Positions 8,592-18,264 of a stretch of 64,000 nucleotides of DNA are shown here, piece by piece. Made by a program: the position numbers and the translations under genes. The notes below the pieces were generated by a model. The model saw nothing but the letters and a program-made list of their open reading frames with translations. It made no database searches and had not been told where the DNA came from. Numbering within the stretch: the first letter of the stretch is position 1; each line of letters starts with the position of its first letter. The stretch is taken from assembly GCA_964385755.1 (NCBI GenBank), contig CAYLPZ010000001.1, positions 227,529 to 291,528 on the forward strand, written 5' to 3'. The stretch comes from an uncultured Coprobacillus sp. (GTDB lineage Bacteria; Bacillota_I; Bacilli_A; ML615J-28; CAG-698).

Positions 8592-9260
8592 TTATGTTCT
8601 ATTTTTATTCCTATATACAAAAATACAAATAATAAGAAGTATAAAGCTTAAAAATAAATAGTAATAATCTTGTAAAGCAAAAAAACCATCTTCATATTTT
8701 ATAAATATATAAAGCAAGTTATTTTCATCAACTACTTCCATCATTAAAAAAATAGATAGCGGTAAGATATAAACATAAAAATAATCAAATAATAAAATTA
8801 ATAACACACTTAATAGTGAATAATATATTAACAAAATACCCGTTTGTAGTACATATTTAAAAAAAATATGTGCCAAATAATCAAATCTAAAATATCCAAT
8901 TGTGCCAATTATTATACTTTCAACTATTAATGTTATTAATAAATACAATAGAATAACTACTATCTTACTAGTGAAAATTTTCGTTTTTGTGTTTTTACTA
9001 TTTAATACTAAAACACTATACTGGTCACTGCTGCTTATAAAAGAATAACTAGATATTACTATTGCAACAATAGTAAATAATATTCTAACAATATTAAAAA
9101 TTACACTTAAGTACATTTCTTCGTCCTGCGCATTACTACCAATTGAATTTTCTGTTAACATAAAACAAATAAAACCTGAGCAGAGTAAAATAAATGATGT
9201 TATTATAAGTATTGCTTTTGAGAATACAAAGCAAAACTGCATCTTACATAGTTTAATCAT
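8592..9260 (-). CDS. ABC-2-type transporter permease
   Basis: 222 aa, 6 TM. Overlaps the upstream ATPase gene by 8 bp. Confidence 0.55.
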   Translation of the reverse strand: MIKLCKMQFCFVFSKAILIITSFILLCSGFICFMLTENSIGSNAQDEEMYLSVIFNIVRILFTIVAIVISSYSFISSSDQYSVLVLNSKNTKTKIFTSKIVVILLYLLITLIVESIIIGTIGYFRFDYLAHIFFKYVLQTGILLIYYSLLSVLLILLFDYFYVYILPLSIFLMMEVVDENNLLYIFIKYEDGFFALQDYYYLFLSFILLIICIFVYRNKNRT

Positions 9261-9876
9261 TTTTTTCTCCTATCTTAATTTCTATTGCACCTGTTTTACT
9301 ATAACTTTTTATGTAATGTGTTGCAATAATAATTATCTTTCCTTGCTCTTTTAACTTTTTTATTTTTGCAACAAAGACCTCTTGCATTTTCTGATCAAGT
9401 CCACTTAATGGCTCATCATATAAATACAAATCAGGATTATGTAAAAAAGTTTGGAGGATGTTTATTTTTTGAAATGTTCCTTTTGATAGAATATTTACTT
9501 TTTCATCAATATATTTTCTTAATTGAAAAGTATCTATATCTTCCATTCTATCGAAATTATCTAAGTTTATACTCTTTTTTGATCTTATCTCTGATAGTAG
9601 TGTTAAATATTGCTTTACAGACAAGTAACTAGGAATCATTACTTTATCAGGTGCATATCCAATTATTAAGTTATTATATATTTTTCCTTTTGTTGGAGTT
9701 ATATATTTACCAATAATTCTTAAAAGAGTACTTTTTCCACATCCATTCTCACCAGTTAATAGATAAATATTTCCCGGTTGAAACTCGTAAGAAAAATTCT
9801 CAATTACTTTTTTGTGTTTGAATTTTTTATGCACACGATCTAGTTTTACTGTATTAGTAGTCTTCATATGTATCAA
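9253..9876 (-). CDS. ABC transporter ATP-binding protein (short, 207 aa)
   Basis: Walker A GENGCGKST, ABC signature LSGLDQK, Walker B LYLYDEP. Confidence 0.8.
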   Translation of the reverse strand: MIHMKTTNTVKLDRVHKKFKHKKVIENFSYEFQPGNIYLLTGENGCGKSTLLRIIGKYITPTKGKIYNNLIIGYAPDKVMIPSYLSVKQYLTLLSEIRSKKSINLDNFDRMEDIDTFQLRKYIDEKVNILSKGTFQKINILQTFLHNPDLYLYDEPLSGLDQKMQEVFVAKIKKLKEQGKIIIIATHYIKSYSKTGAIEIKIGEKND

Positions 9877-10834
9877 TCCTTACTTTACTTTCATCTATCA
9901 CAAAAGTATTGTCTAAAAAGAAATTATAATCATCAAAGTATAAACTATACTCCGTTTCCAAAAATTCAAATATTATTTTTAATCCACAGCCATATACAGG
10001 ATAATTATTTATGTATTTAACAGGAATTACCATTTCAACATAAGATTGAGCACCAAGAATCATATTTAGTTCTTCATCTTCTTCTTTTTTTTCATAATCA
10101 TAATAATAACCTAATATCTTAGAAATATTGTCGTTTGACTGAATATCTTCTGTTACTATGATGCTTTCCTTATGAGAAAAAGATATAGAAGCATCTAATG
10201 CAACTATTTCTTTTATTTTGATTTCATCTTTAGTGTAATTAGCAAACATTATATCTAATCCAATAAGTGTTTTATTACTATTAATGGTATTTACGATTGG
10301 TTTTAATTTTGATATTGATAGTACACTATTTCCAATATCTTCTATTTTTTCATAGTAAAAGGAACCAATTAATAACTTTACATTATAGTTTTGTGTATTA
10401 AGATATAAATATGCTTTTTCCATATTAATTACATATTCTTCTGCATTGATACCATCTATTTTAAAAAGATATGAAAACATATAGAACTTTTCATCAAAAA
10501 AAGATTGTTTATAATTTAAATCTATAATACTTTGTGGTTTTAGTGATATTGTCATATCATCGCTTTCTAAATATACTTTAGTTATTTTATTGATATTTGT
10601 TATTGAAACATTCTTCTTACTTGTGTAAATAATAAGTTCAATCAAATCTTTATTTTTTTCACAGTCTTCTTTTGTAACAAGATAATTATTTGTTTTTTCT
10701 ATCGTAGTTACTTTAAAATGATAATCATCTTTTTGCATTGAAAGCATAACAAATAAAAATATTAGCATTAAAAATAGCATAGTTATAACAACATAAAAAA
10801 TTTTACTTTTCATCTCTATACTCCTAATTTTCAA
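9854..10834 (-). CDS. Hypothetical membrane-anchored extracellular protein
   Basis: 326 aa with an N-terminal TM anchor. No family recognised. Overlaps both neighbouring genes. Confidence 0.5.
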   Translation of the reverse strand: MKIRSIEMKSKIFYVVITMLFLMLIFLFVMLSMQKDDYHFKVTTIEKTNNYLVTKEDCEKNKDLIELIIYTSKKNVSITNINKITKVYLESDDMTISLKPQSIIDLNYKQSFFDEKFYMFSYLFKIDGINAEEYVINMEKAYLYLNTQNYNVKLLIGSFYYEKIEDIGNSVLSISKLKPIVNTINSNKTLIGLDIMFANYTKDEIKIKEIVALDASISFSHKESIIVTEDIQSNDNISKILGYYYDYEKKEEDEELNMILGAQSYVEMVIPVKYINNYPVYGCGLKIIFEFLETEYSLYFDDYNFFLDNTFVIDESKVRIDTYEDY

Positions 10835-11486
10835 AATCAGCTAAATTATCTTCTCGAAACTCGTAATACATTGTAACTACATCTATACGCTCCCAACCGC
10901 CTTTTCTAAAAGTAATTCCAAAGAAGTTATATCTACTTACTCCATTTGTTATTATTGCTTCACCTGTAGTAATAAGCGAAAGCGAAGTATTAGGTTTAAC
11001 AATTAGTGATAGTGTTGTTTTTTGTCCTATTTCATATTCGCTAATATGTTTATTTTCGTATTCTATTTTTCCTTCACCAGATAAATCAGTGTTAATTTTT
11101 TTAATTTTACCAGATATCTTTGTGGAAATTGATCCTTTTATACTGACACTAGTTGTTGTTGTTTCAATTTCTGTAAGAGTATAGTCAATCTTTATTGTTT
11201 GACTAGTTTTGTTTTTTCTTGCGAAAATAACTTTTCCATCATATGTAATTGGTACTTCATAGTTTTCATAAATAGTTTTCCACCCGAACATTGAAAAAGG
11301 AATATTTTTTATTTTTTTATTTATTTCATTTTCAGTGTATTGATTTAATAGTTTAACAGATGCGGGGGCAACTATCTTTACAAAATCTTCATGTCCTGTG
11401 TTTGTATAAGCATTAATTTTTCTTGTTGAAACAATTAATATAAGTAGCATTGTTACTAGTCCAATTTTAATTACTATTTTTCTCAT
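10824..11486 (-). CDS. Hypothetical secreted protein (first gene of the operon)
   Basis: 220 aa. Signal peptide MRKIVIKIGLVTMLLILIVS. RBS GGAGG. Confidence 0.5.
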   Translation of the reverse strand: MRKIVIKIGLVTMLLILIVSTRKINAYTNTGHEDFVKIVAPASVKLLNQYTENEINKKIKNIPFSMFGWKTIYENYEVPITYDGKVIFARKNKTSQTIKIDYTLTEIETTTTSVSIKGSISTKISGKIKKINTDLSGEGKIEYENKHISEYEIGQKTTLSLIVKPNTSLSLITTGEAIITNGVSRYNFFGITFRKGGWERIDVVTMYYEFREDNLADFEN

Positions 11487-11544
11487 ATTCTCTTTACCTC
11501 CTACTTATATTTTCTAATTATTTTGGCTAATTTAGTTTTTTTTA

Positions 11545-11574
11545 ATAAAAAAAGTTATGACAAAATGTCATAAC
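11545..11574 (-). terminator. Terminator of pepP (bidirectional hairpin)
   Basis: Perfect GTTATGACA-aaa-TGTCATAAC stem with a flanking T-run on the minus strand. Confidence 0.6.
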
Positions 11575-11575
11575 A

Positions 11576-12829
11576 TTATTTATTTTGATATTTATTTCTT
11601 TTCTCAAAGAATTGCTCAATTTCATCAACTTCTTTAATTATATCTTTGCTTAAGTTAATGCATCCATCTTTTGTAATTAAAACATCATCTTCGATGCGCA
11701 CACCTATTTTTTCTTCAGGTATGTATAATCCTGGTTCAACTGTTAAACACATATTTTCTTCGATACCATTTTCATAGAAACATGGATCATGTGTATCTAA
11801 TCCTATTGTGTGACCAATAGAGTGGAAATAATACTTAATGATATCTTCATCTTTTTGGATCAATCCAATTTTCTTAGCATTCTCAATTAAACATTTTTTT
11901 GCAAATTCATTGTATTGCAATTTTGAGATACCAGGTTTCAAAAACTCAATACATTTTTTGTTAACATCTAATACTGCTTCATATACTTCTCTTTGTCTTG
12001 GTGTAAATTTACCGTTAACAGGAAATGTACGTGTAATATCACTAATATAATAATCAGTTTCAGTACCTAAATCAAAAAGCACAAGTTCATTATCATTTAA
12101 GATGCAGTTATTTTGTGAATAATGAAGAGTAGTTGCATTAATTCCACCTGCTGCAATCGTCTTAAATGAATGAATACGTTGACCATTGTTTTTAATTACA
12201 TAGTCGTAATTACTTTCTAATTGATATTCATAAATACCACTTCTGGAATTTTCCATTAATGCTTCTATTCCTATTTTTGTAACATCAATTGCTTGTTTGA
12301 TTAATTCGACTTCCTCTTCAGTTTTTATCGCTCTTAAACCAACTATTATTTTGTAACAGTCAACTACTTCGCACTTAGGAAATTTATCACTGATTTCCTT
12401 TGAAAAAATAGTATTATGATTATATTTAAACTGCTTATCAAATTCTTTATTTAAATATAGTGTATCAACTTCACTTGCTAATTTTTCCAACATTTCTTGA
12501 TATTTTTCAGTAAAAATAATATTATCTATACCTGAAATTGAAGAAGCTTCTTTTGGATAAAGTTTAGCACCAACCCATTTAATAGCAATTGGGTCATTTT
12601 CATCAATTACCAAATATTCTTTTATTTCACCATTTTTCTTTTGTAATAAAAATACTACATCAGCTTGATTAATACCTGTTAAATAGTAAAAGTTTTTATC
12701 ACAATCAAAATCATAACCTTCATCACCTGACTGACAATAAACTGTTCCAGATGATAAAACTGTTAATGAATTATCTTTTATTTTTTCTTGATAGTTTTTT
12801 CTGTTTCGAATATAAAATTCTTTTTTCAT
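11576..12829 (-). CDS. pepP: Xaa-Pro aminopeptidase (M24B family)
   Basis: Creatinase/prolidase N-domain plus M24 metal ligands (HSIGHTIGLDTHD, EPGLY, E…D). Confidence 0.8.
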   Translation of the reverse strand: MKKEFYIRNRKNYQEKIKDNSLTVLSSGTVYCQSGDEGYDFDCDKNFYYLTGINQADVVFLLQKKNGEIKEYLVIDENDPIAIKWVGAKLYPKEASSISGIDNIIFTEKYQEMLEKLASEVDTLYLNKEFDKQFKYNHNTIFSKEISDKFPKCEVVDCYKIIVGLRAIKTEEEVELIKQAIDVTKIGIEALMENSRSGIYEYQLESNYDYVIKNNGQRIHSFKTIAAGGINATTLHYSQNNCILNDNELVLFDLGTETDYYISDITRTFPVNGKFTPRQREVYEAVLDVNKKCIEFLKPGISKLQYNEFAKKCLIENAKKIGLIQKDEDIIKYYFHSIGHTIGLDTHDPCFYENGIEENMCLTVEPGLYIPEEKIGVRIEDDVLITKDGCINLSKDIIKEVDEIEQFFEKRNKYQNK

Positions 12830-12837
12830 AATGTTAC

Positions 12838-14538
12838 CTACTTAACGGAATTTACAATTTCCATTACCTTATCCTTAATTTCTTTATTTCTTATTATAGC
12901 TTTTTCTTTTGTCTCTTTACGAACTGATAAATATACTTTCATCTTTGGTTCTGTTCCGCTTGGTCTTAAAACGAAGAATGACCCATCACTTAAGAAATAT
13001 TTAATAACATTTGATTTTGGTAGCAATAATTTGCTTGTATTATTTTCTTTATAATCATAACGAATGCTTTCTTCATAATCTTCAATGGCATCAATTTCAA
13101 AATCAATAATATTCTTAAGTTTTCTAAAGTGATTTAAAATACGTCCAATTTTTTCTTGTCCATCTTTTCCTTCTAAACCAATATTTACTAAATCATCTAA
13201 ATAATAACCGTATTCATCATAAATGTTATTTAATACCTCTACCAAGTCTTTTCCTTGATTTTTATAAAAACATGCCATTTCAGAACATAATAATAAAGCT
13301 TGTAAAGAATCTTTATCGCGAACAAAATCTTTAATTACATAACCATAAGATTCTTCATATCCAAAGAAGAACATCTTGTCATCACTACTTTCTAGTTTTT
13401 TAGCTTGTTCACCAATGTATTTAAAACCAGTAAGTGTTGAATAATGCTCAAAACCATATTTTTCACCAATTACAACTCCAAGTGGCGAAGTAACGATTGT
13501 ATTAAAGATAACACCTTTTTTATTTACTTTTCGATATTTTGCTAAATATTCGATTAAAAGTGCACCAGTTTGATTGCCTGTAAGTAAAACATATTCTCCA
13601 TTATGCTTTACAGCCAAACCTACTCTATCAGCATCTGGATCAGTTGCAATGCAAATGTCCGCATCATTTTCCTTAGCGTATTTTATTGCTAAATCAAAAG
13701 CACGTTTATCTTCTGGATTAGGTAAAATTAGCGTAGAAAAGTTTGGATCCGGTACCATTTGTTCTTTTGTTAGAACATATTTATAACCCATTTCTTCTAA
13801 TAATCTTGGACCTAAGTATGTACTTGTACCATGCAATGAAGTAAAGCATACTTTGAAGTTATCTTTACAAGTATCATTATTTACGACAATCGATTTAACA
13901 TTCTTTAGATATTCACAATCAATATCATCATCAAGCCAAACAATCATTTTCTTAGATTCTAATTCTTCAAAACTTTCAAGAACCATAGTAAGTGGATCAG
14001 GGCTATTAGCGATATAATTAATTACTTTATCAGCAAGTTCAGGAACTAATTGACATCCATCACAATCGTAAATTTTATAACCATTATATTTTGGTGGATT
14101 GTGACTTGCGGTAACGACAATTCCACCAGTTGCTTTTAAGTGTCTAATAGCAAAACTTAACTCTGGTGTAGGTGTAATTTTCTTAAATAAATAAGTTTTT
14201 ATACCAAATTTTGCTAATACTCTTGCACTCTCTTTAGCAAAATCAATTGACTTATGACGACAATCATATGCAATAACTACACTTGGATTTTCATCATTTT
14301 CTAAAAGATATTTAGCATAACCATAATTAGCCTTACGTAAAGTATAAATATTCATACGATTTGTACCTACTCCAATAACCCCACGCATTCCACCAGTTCC
14401 AAATTCTAAATCTTTATAAAATGCATCAATTAGTTCACTATCAGATAGCGTTTCAAGTTCTTTTTTTAATTCATCTTGTAATTGTGCATTTTTCCACTTT
14501 TCAACTGTCAATAAAACTTGTTTATCTAGTTTTTCCAT
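12838..14538 (-). CDS. pgcA: Phosphoglucomutase/phosphomannomutase (alpha-D-phosphohexomutase)
   Basis: Active-site TASHNPPKYNGYK. 566 aa with a four-domain PGM/PMM architecture. Confidence 0.85.
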   Translation of the reverse strand: MEKLDKQVLLTVEKWKNAQLQDELKKELETLSDSELIDAFYKDLEFGTGGMRGVIGVGTNRMNIYTLRKANYGYAKYLLENDENPSVVIAYDCRHKSIDFAKESARVLAKFGIKTYLFKKITPTPELSFAIRHLKATGGIVVTASHNPPKYNGYKIYDCDGCQLVPELADKVINYIANSPDPLTMVLESFEELESKKMIVWLDDDIDCEYLKNVKSIVVNNDTCKDNFKVCFTSLHGTSTYLGPRLLEEMGYKYVLTKEQMVPDPNFSTLILPNPEDKRAFDLAIKYAKENDADICIATDPDADRVGLAVKHNGEYVLLTGNQTGALLIEYLAKYRKVNKKGVIFNTIVTSPLGVVIGEKYGFEHYSTLTGFKYIGEQAKKLESSDDKMFFFGYEESYGYVIKDFVRDKDSLQALLLCSEMACFYKNQGKDLVEVLNNIYDEYGYYLDDLVNIGLEGKDGQEKIGRILNHFRKLKNIIDFEIDAIEDYEESIRYDYKENNTSKLLLPKSNVIKYFLSDGSFFVLRPSGTEPKMKVYLSVRKETKEKAIIRNKEIKDKVMEIVNSVK

Positions 14539-15750
14539 TTATATCTCCTTTACATAATCTATATCAAATGTTATTACCACAAATAAAGAATTATCTTTTT
14601 CTTTTACTCTTCTTGTTATTTCTTCTTCGATTACTTTCTTTTGTGAATTGTATTTTGAGGGAAGAAGAACATCAAAGATTAAATTTGTATGTGTTTGCCC
14701 CTTTACAATTCGAAAATCATGAAAATGAATTGATGAATCTATTTCATTTATTATATTATCAATTAGTTCTCGATATTTCTTAACATCTTCATCATATAAA
14801 TCAACAGGGTCCATATGAATAACAAGAAAGATACCGAATTTTTCAAAACAATCCCTTTCAATATTATCAACTATATCATGACTAATATTAATAGACACTG
14901 TACTATCAACCTCAACATGCATACTAGCAAAAATTTTCTTTGGACCATAAGAATGTACGATTAAGTCATGTACACCTAAAACACCTTCATAACTAGTTAC
15001 AAAATCACTAATACTTTGTGCAAGTTCTTTTGATACTGCTTCTCCAAGTAATGGAGAAGTTGTTTCTTTGACTAATTTCACACCACTAATAATAATCATA
15101 ATTGAAACAATTATACCCATAATGCCATCAATAAATGAGTTAGGGTAAATAATGCTTATGATTAAAGATATTATGATTGCACCAGTACTCAAACAGTCAT
15201 TAATACTATCTTGAAAAGTTGCAAGAAGGGTATCAGATGATATTAGTTTACCGTATTTTTTGTATACTCTTGCTTGTAAGAGTTTAACTAGAATTGATCC
15301 AACTAAGATTACAAGAGAAATAATTGCAAATGTTTTTTCATAAACTACAACTTCACTTGAAATCAATTTTTCTACAGATGATTTAAATAAAAGTATACCA
15401 ATTACTAAAATTAATACTGAAACAATAAGACCAGTAACATATTCCATCCTTTCATGTCCGAATGGGTGATCTTCATCTTCTGGCTGACTAGCAAGTTTAA
15501 AGCCGACTAATGTCACGATGCTACTACCTGCATCAGCTAAATTATTGATTCCATCAGCAAGTACTGAAATAGTACTTGTTACTAAGCCAATAATTATTTT
15601 ACAAATGCTAATTAACATATTTGTAAAAATACCAAAACCACCACAAACCATTCCTACTTTTAGTCTTACTTTTTCATCTTCGTAATTATCACTTTTAATA
15701 AAAAGTTTATTTAATAAATCTCTTTTAATTTTTGTATTTTTATTTTTCAT
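14539..15750 (-). CDS. Cation diffusion facilitator (CDF) family metal efflux transporter
   Basis: 403 aa with an N-terminal 6-TM domain and a C-terminal cytoplasmic dimerisation domain. HxxxD-like metal motifs. Confidence 0.7.
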   Translation of the reverse strand: MKNKNTKIKRDLLNKLFIKSDNYEDEKVRLKVGMVCGGFGIFTNMLISICKIIIGLVTSTISVLADGINNLADAGSSIVTLVGFKLASQPEDEDHPFGHERMEYVTGLIVSVLILVIGILLFKSSVEKLISSEVVVYEKTFAIISLVILVGSILVKLLQARVYKKYGKLISSDTLLATFQDSINDCLSTGAIIISLIISIIYPNSFIDGIMGIIVSIMIIISGVKLVKETTSPLLGEAVSKELAQSISDFVTSYEGVLGVHDLIVHSYGPKKIFASMHVEVDSTVSINISHDIVDNIERDCFEKFGIFLVIHMDPVDLYDEDVKKYRELIDNIINEIDSSIHFHDFRIVKGQTHTNLIFDVLLPSKYNSQKKVIEEEITRRVKEKDNSLFVVITFDIDYVKEI

Positions 15751-15783
15751 ATATATTAATTATACCATATTTTAAAAGAAAAT

Positions 15784-15800
15784 AAAAAGGGTTAACCCCT
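15784..15800 (-). terminator. Terminator after cotJC (palindrome GGGTTAACCC)
   Basis: GGGGTTAACCCC hairpin followed by T-runs on the minus strand. Confidence 0.45.
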
Positions 15801-15819
15801 CTTTATTAAATTTCTTATT

Positions 15820-16389
15820 TTAGTTTTGTAAATCTTTATTATTACTTTCTTCATATGATTTACATAAGGCTTCAAAAAGTGCAAAGTGAACTATTTCACG
15901 TTCACGTAAATATATTAATACATCAATAACATCTTGATCATTTGTTAAATCCATTAAGTGTTCATAAACAGCCTTAGCCTTTTTTTCTGCTGCCATATCT
16001 TCATATAAATTTGCTATAGTACTTCCAACAGAGCCAAATGTAGCTTGGAAAGGTACACCATTATTATCTGTAGGATAGTGATCAAAACCTCTTTGAGCAT
16101 ATTGTCCATCTAGTCCCGCTGCTTTCATTTCTTCGATTGTTGCACCTCTTGTTAGATCACAAATCATTGCGTTTATCATTTCTACATGTCCTAGTTCTTC
16201 GGTAGCAATATCCATTAATAATGCTTTACCTCTATCATCGGGCATTGTAAAACTTTGGTTAAAGTAACGAAGAGCAGCTTCTAACTCTCCATCTGGTCCA
16301 CCATATTGAGTAACTAAACATTTTGCCATTTTTAAATCTTTTTTCTTAATATTAACAGGAAACAAAAGCATTTTTTGATAATTAAACAT
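15820..16389 (-). CDS. cotJC: Spore coat protein CotJC (manganese catalase family)
   Basis: Di-manganese ligand motifs …DIATEELGHVEMI… and …EHL…H… typical of the CotJC/Mn-catalase ferritin-like fold. 189 aa. Confidence 0.8.
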   Translation of the reverse strand: MFNYQKMLLFPVNIKKKDLKMAKCLVTQYGGPDGELEAALRYFNQSFTMPDDRGKALLMDIATEELGHVEMINAMICDLTRGATIEEMKAAGLDGQYAQRGFDHYPTDNNGVPFQATFGSVGSTIANLYEDMAAEKKAKAVYEHLMDLTNDQDVIDVLIYLREREIVHFALFEALCKSYEESNNKDLQN

Positions 16390-16775
16390 TATTTATCACC
16401 CCAAGGAAATGGTTTTGAGCTCCAAGGAAATGGGTTTTCATTAATTTCCATTGCATTCAGTGAAAATGGTGAATATTTCTTGTTATAGATTTCTTCAGTT
16501 TCTTTGAGCTTTTTATGATATTTTTCACGAACCATTATAGCCTGTTCATCATTAGGATAAATATCTAAATATAATGACAAATCATGGCAAGCAAGTTTAT
16601 ATTCTTGTATCTTTAGCATCAATTTTTGTCTTTCATTTAAACCTTTTAAAGTAACTTTTGTATAACCTTTATAAGGTTTATATAATGTTTTAAAAATTGT
16701 TCCAACTTTTATAGCTTCACTGCTATCAAATAAATTAGTATTTTCGTTTTTCTCATATGAGTTACTATTATTCAT
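16389..16775 (-). CDS. cotJB: Spore coat protein CotJB
   Basis: Small protein directly upstream of cotJC with a 1-bp overlap, and YLDIYPNDEQAI-type CotJB motifs. Confidence 0.65.
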   Translation of the reverse strand: MNNSNSYEKNENTNLFDSSEAIKVGTIFKTLYKPYKGYTKVTLKGLNERQKLMLKIQEYKLACHDLSLYLDIYPNDEQAIMVREKYHKKLKETEEIYNKKYSPFSLNAMEINENPFPWSSKPFPWGDK

Positions 16776-17005
16776 TTTTATTCCTCCATTTTAATATATG
16801 ATAATATTACAAACTTAAAATGGGCAAAACGAAAAAGAACAGTTTATAGATTAACTAAATTTGTCAAACATCACTATAATCAAAATAGTTATTTTCATTT
16901 TCTTTCTTTTTGAGATAATCTGTCTATTAATTTATTCAAATGCACCTTACAATTTATACTTATTTACTATTATATGTTAAAAAAAATTATCTACAAATCT
17001 AACAC

Positions 17006-17040
17006 AATAAAAAGAACTTAGAAGTAAATCTAAGTTCTGT
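17006..17040 (-). terminator. Terminator of the SPFH gene
   Basis: AGAACTTAG-n8-CTAAGTTCT followed by TTTTAT on the minus strand. Confidence 0.55.
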
Positions 17041-17054
17041 TTTATTCTAAAATC

Positions 17055-18194
17055 TTAATTTTTAGGAACTAAAATATCTAAAGCATCACTGCCACTAACA
17101 ACTTCTGGTAATACACCATTCCATGTTGCTAGGTATGCTAAATATTTAACATATCCATAAACAATATTCTCAAAATCTTCTTTTGTATGAGCATCATCAT
17201 ATGTTATAGTGTACTTAGTACTTTCTAGTTCGTATAAAACTTCACCACTAGACACTAGCTCTACTTCTGATTCAACTTTTGATATAACTTCTTTTCCATC
17301 AATTGTTTCAGTTTTTTCGTAAATATATGTTGTTATAATTGGGAATCCAATAGAACGGGCAACCTCAACCATCTTCATTGCGGCAGCTTGACCTTCAGCT
17401 TCTGCTAAAATCTTTTGTGCTTCAGCATCACCTTTTGCTTTTTCAATTTTTGCCTCAACTTGTAACTTAGCAACTTCTAGTTCTTCTTCAGCTTTTGTAA
17501 TTGCAGCTTCTTTATTTTGTTCCGCAACTACTTTGTCTTCAGCAGCTTTTTCAAACTCATCAGTAAAATCAAAGTTAGTTAAGTTTACTGCATCAACTTT
17601 AGTATAATACTTATCTCCAATTGAATTAGCTATATCTTCAGCAACTTGTGGAGAAATCTTTGAACGATTTTCAAGTAAACCAATAGCTGTATATTGTGAT
17701 ACAATTGATTTTAATCTATCAGCACATACTTTTTCCATACGACTTTCTAAAGAAGTCATTGAAACATATTCAAGTAATATCATATCAGCTTTTGTTGGAT
17801 CAATGCGATACTGAAGTGTTAAACTTACACCAACAGTTTGCGCATCAGATGAAAAACATGTTGTTTCCATGTCCACTTTTTGAACTGTTGTATCAAAAAA
17901 AGTATAATCCTTAGTCATATAAAAATCAAAATATGTTCCCGGTTCTCTAATTGTTTCAATCTTTCCAAGTTTTTTCACAACAGCTACTTGTCCTGATTCA
18001 ACTTGATGATATGATTTTGGTACTAACACTAAAAGTACCGCAACTATCAATGTTACCACTAATGCTGGAAACTTGAAACTAGATAGTTTTGAGCTTCTTC
18101 CCTTGCCAGCAATTCCTGAAAAACCTATGAATGTTACAACACCAAATAGTATTAATAAAAATGTAAATATTATTGTTAATATGGTTCTAATCAT
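17055..18194 (-). CDS. SPFH/band-7 (prohibitin/flotillin-like) membrane protein
   Basis: N-terminal TM followed by an SPFH domain (QVESGQVAVVKKLGK…) and a coiled-coil EAxxQ repeat region. Confidence 0.75.
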   Translation of the reverse strand: MIRTILTIIFTFLLILFGVVTFIGFSGIAGKGRSSKLSSFKFPALVVTLIVAVLLVLVPKSYHQVESGQVAVVKKLGKIETIREPGTYFDFYMTKDYTFFDTTVQKVDMETTCFSSDAQTVGVSLTLQYRIDPTKADMILLEYVSMTSLESRMEKVCADRLKSIVSQYTAIGLLENRSKISPQVAEDIANSIGDKYYTKVDAVNLTNFDFTDEFEKAAEDKVVAEQNKEAAITKAEEELEVAKLQVEAKIEKAKGDAEAQKILAEAEGQAAAMKMVEVARSIGFPIITTYIYEKTETIDGKEVISKVESEVELVSSGEVLYELESTKYTITYDDAHTKEDFENIVYGYVKYLAYLATWNGVLPEVVSGSDALDILVPKN

Positions 18195-18264
18195 AATAAA
18201 ATCTCCTTTTGCAATATAATTATACCATAATATTCAAAAATAATAAATATAATTTGCATAGCTT

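Noticed and set aside
11487-11553. Possible preQ1-I riboswitch upstream of the operon that ends in queH
   Set aside because: Only a 5-bp AAUUA/UAAUU stem with an A-rich tail is present. The loop lacks the conserved preQ1-I nucleotides. The resemblance is a consequence of AT-rich sequence plus an SD.
16776-17054. cotJA candidate upstream of cotJB
   Set aside because: The longest minus-strand ORF here is 15 codons. The region instead holds the SPFH gene terminator and a probable promoter.
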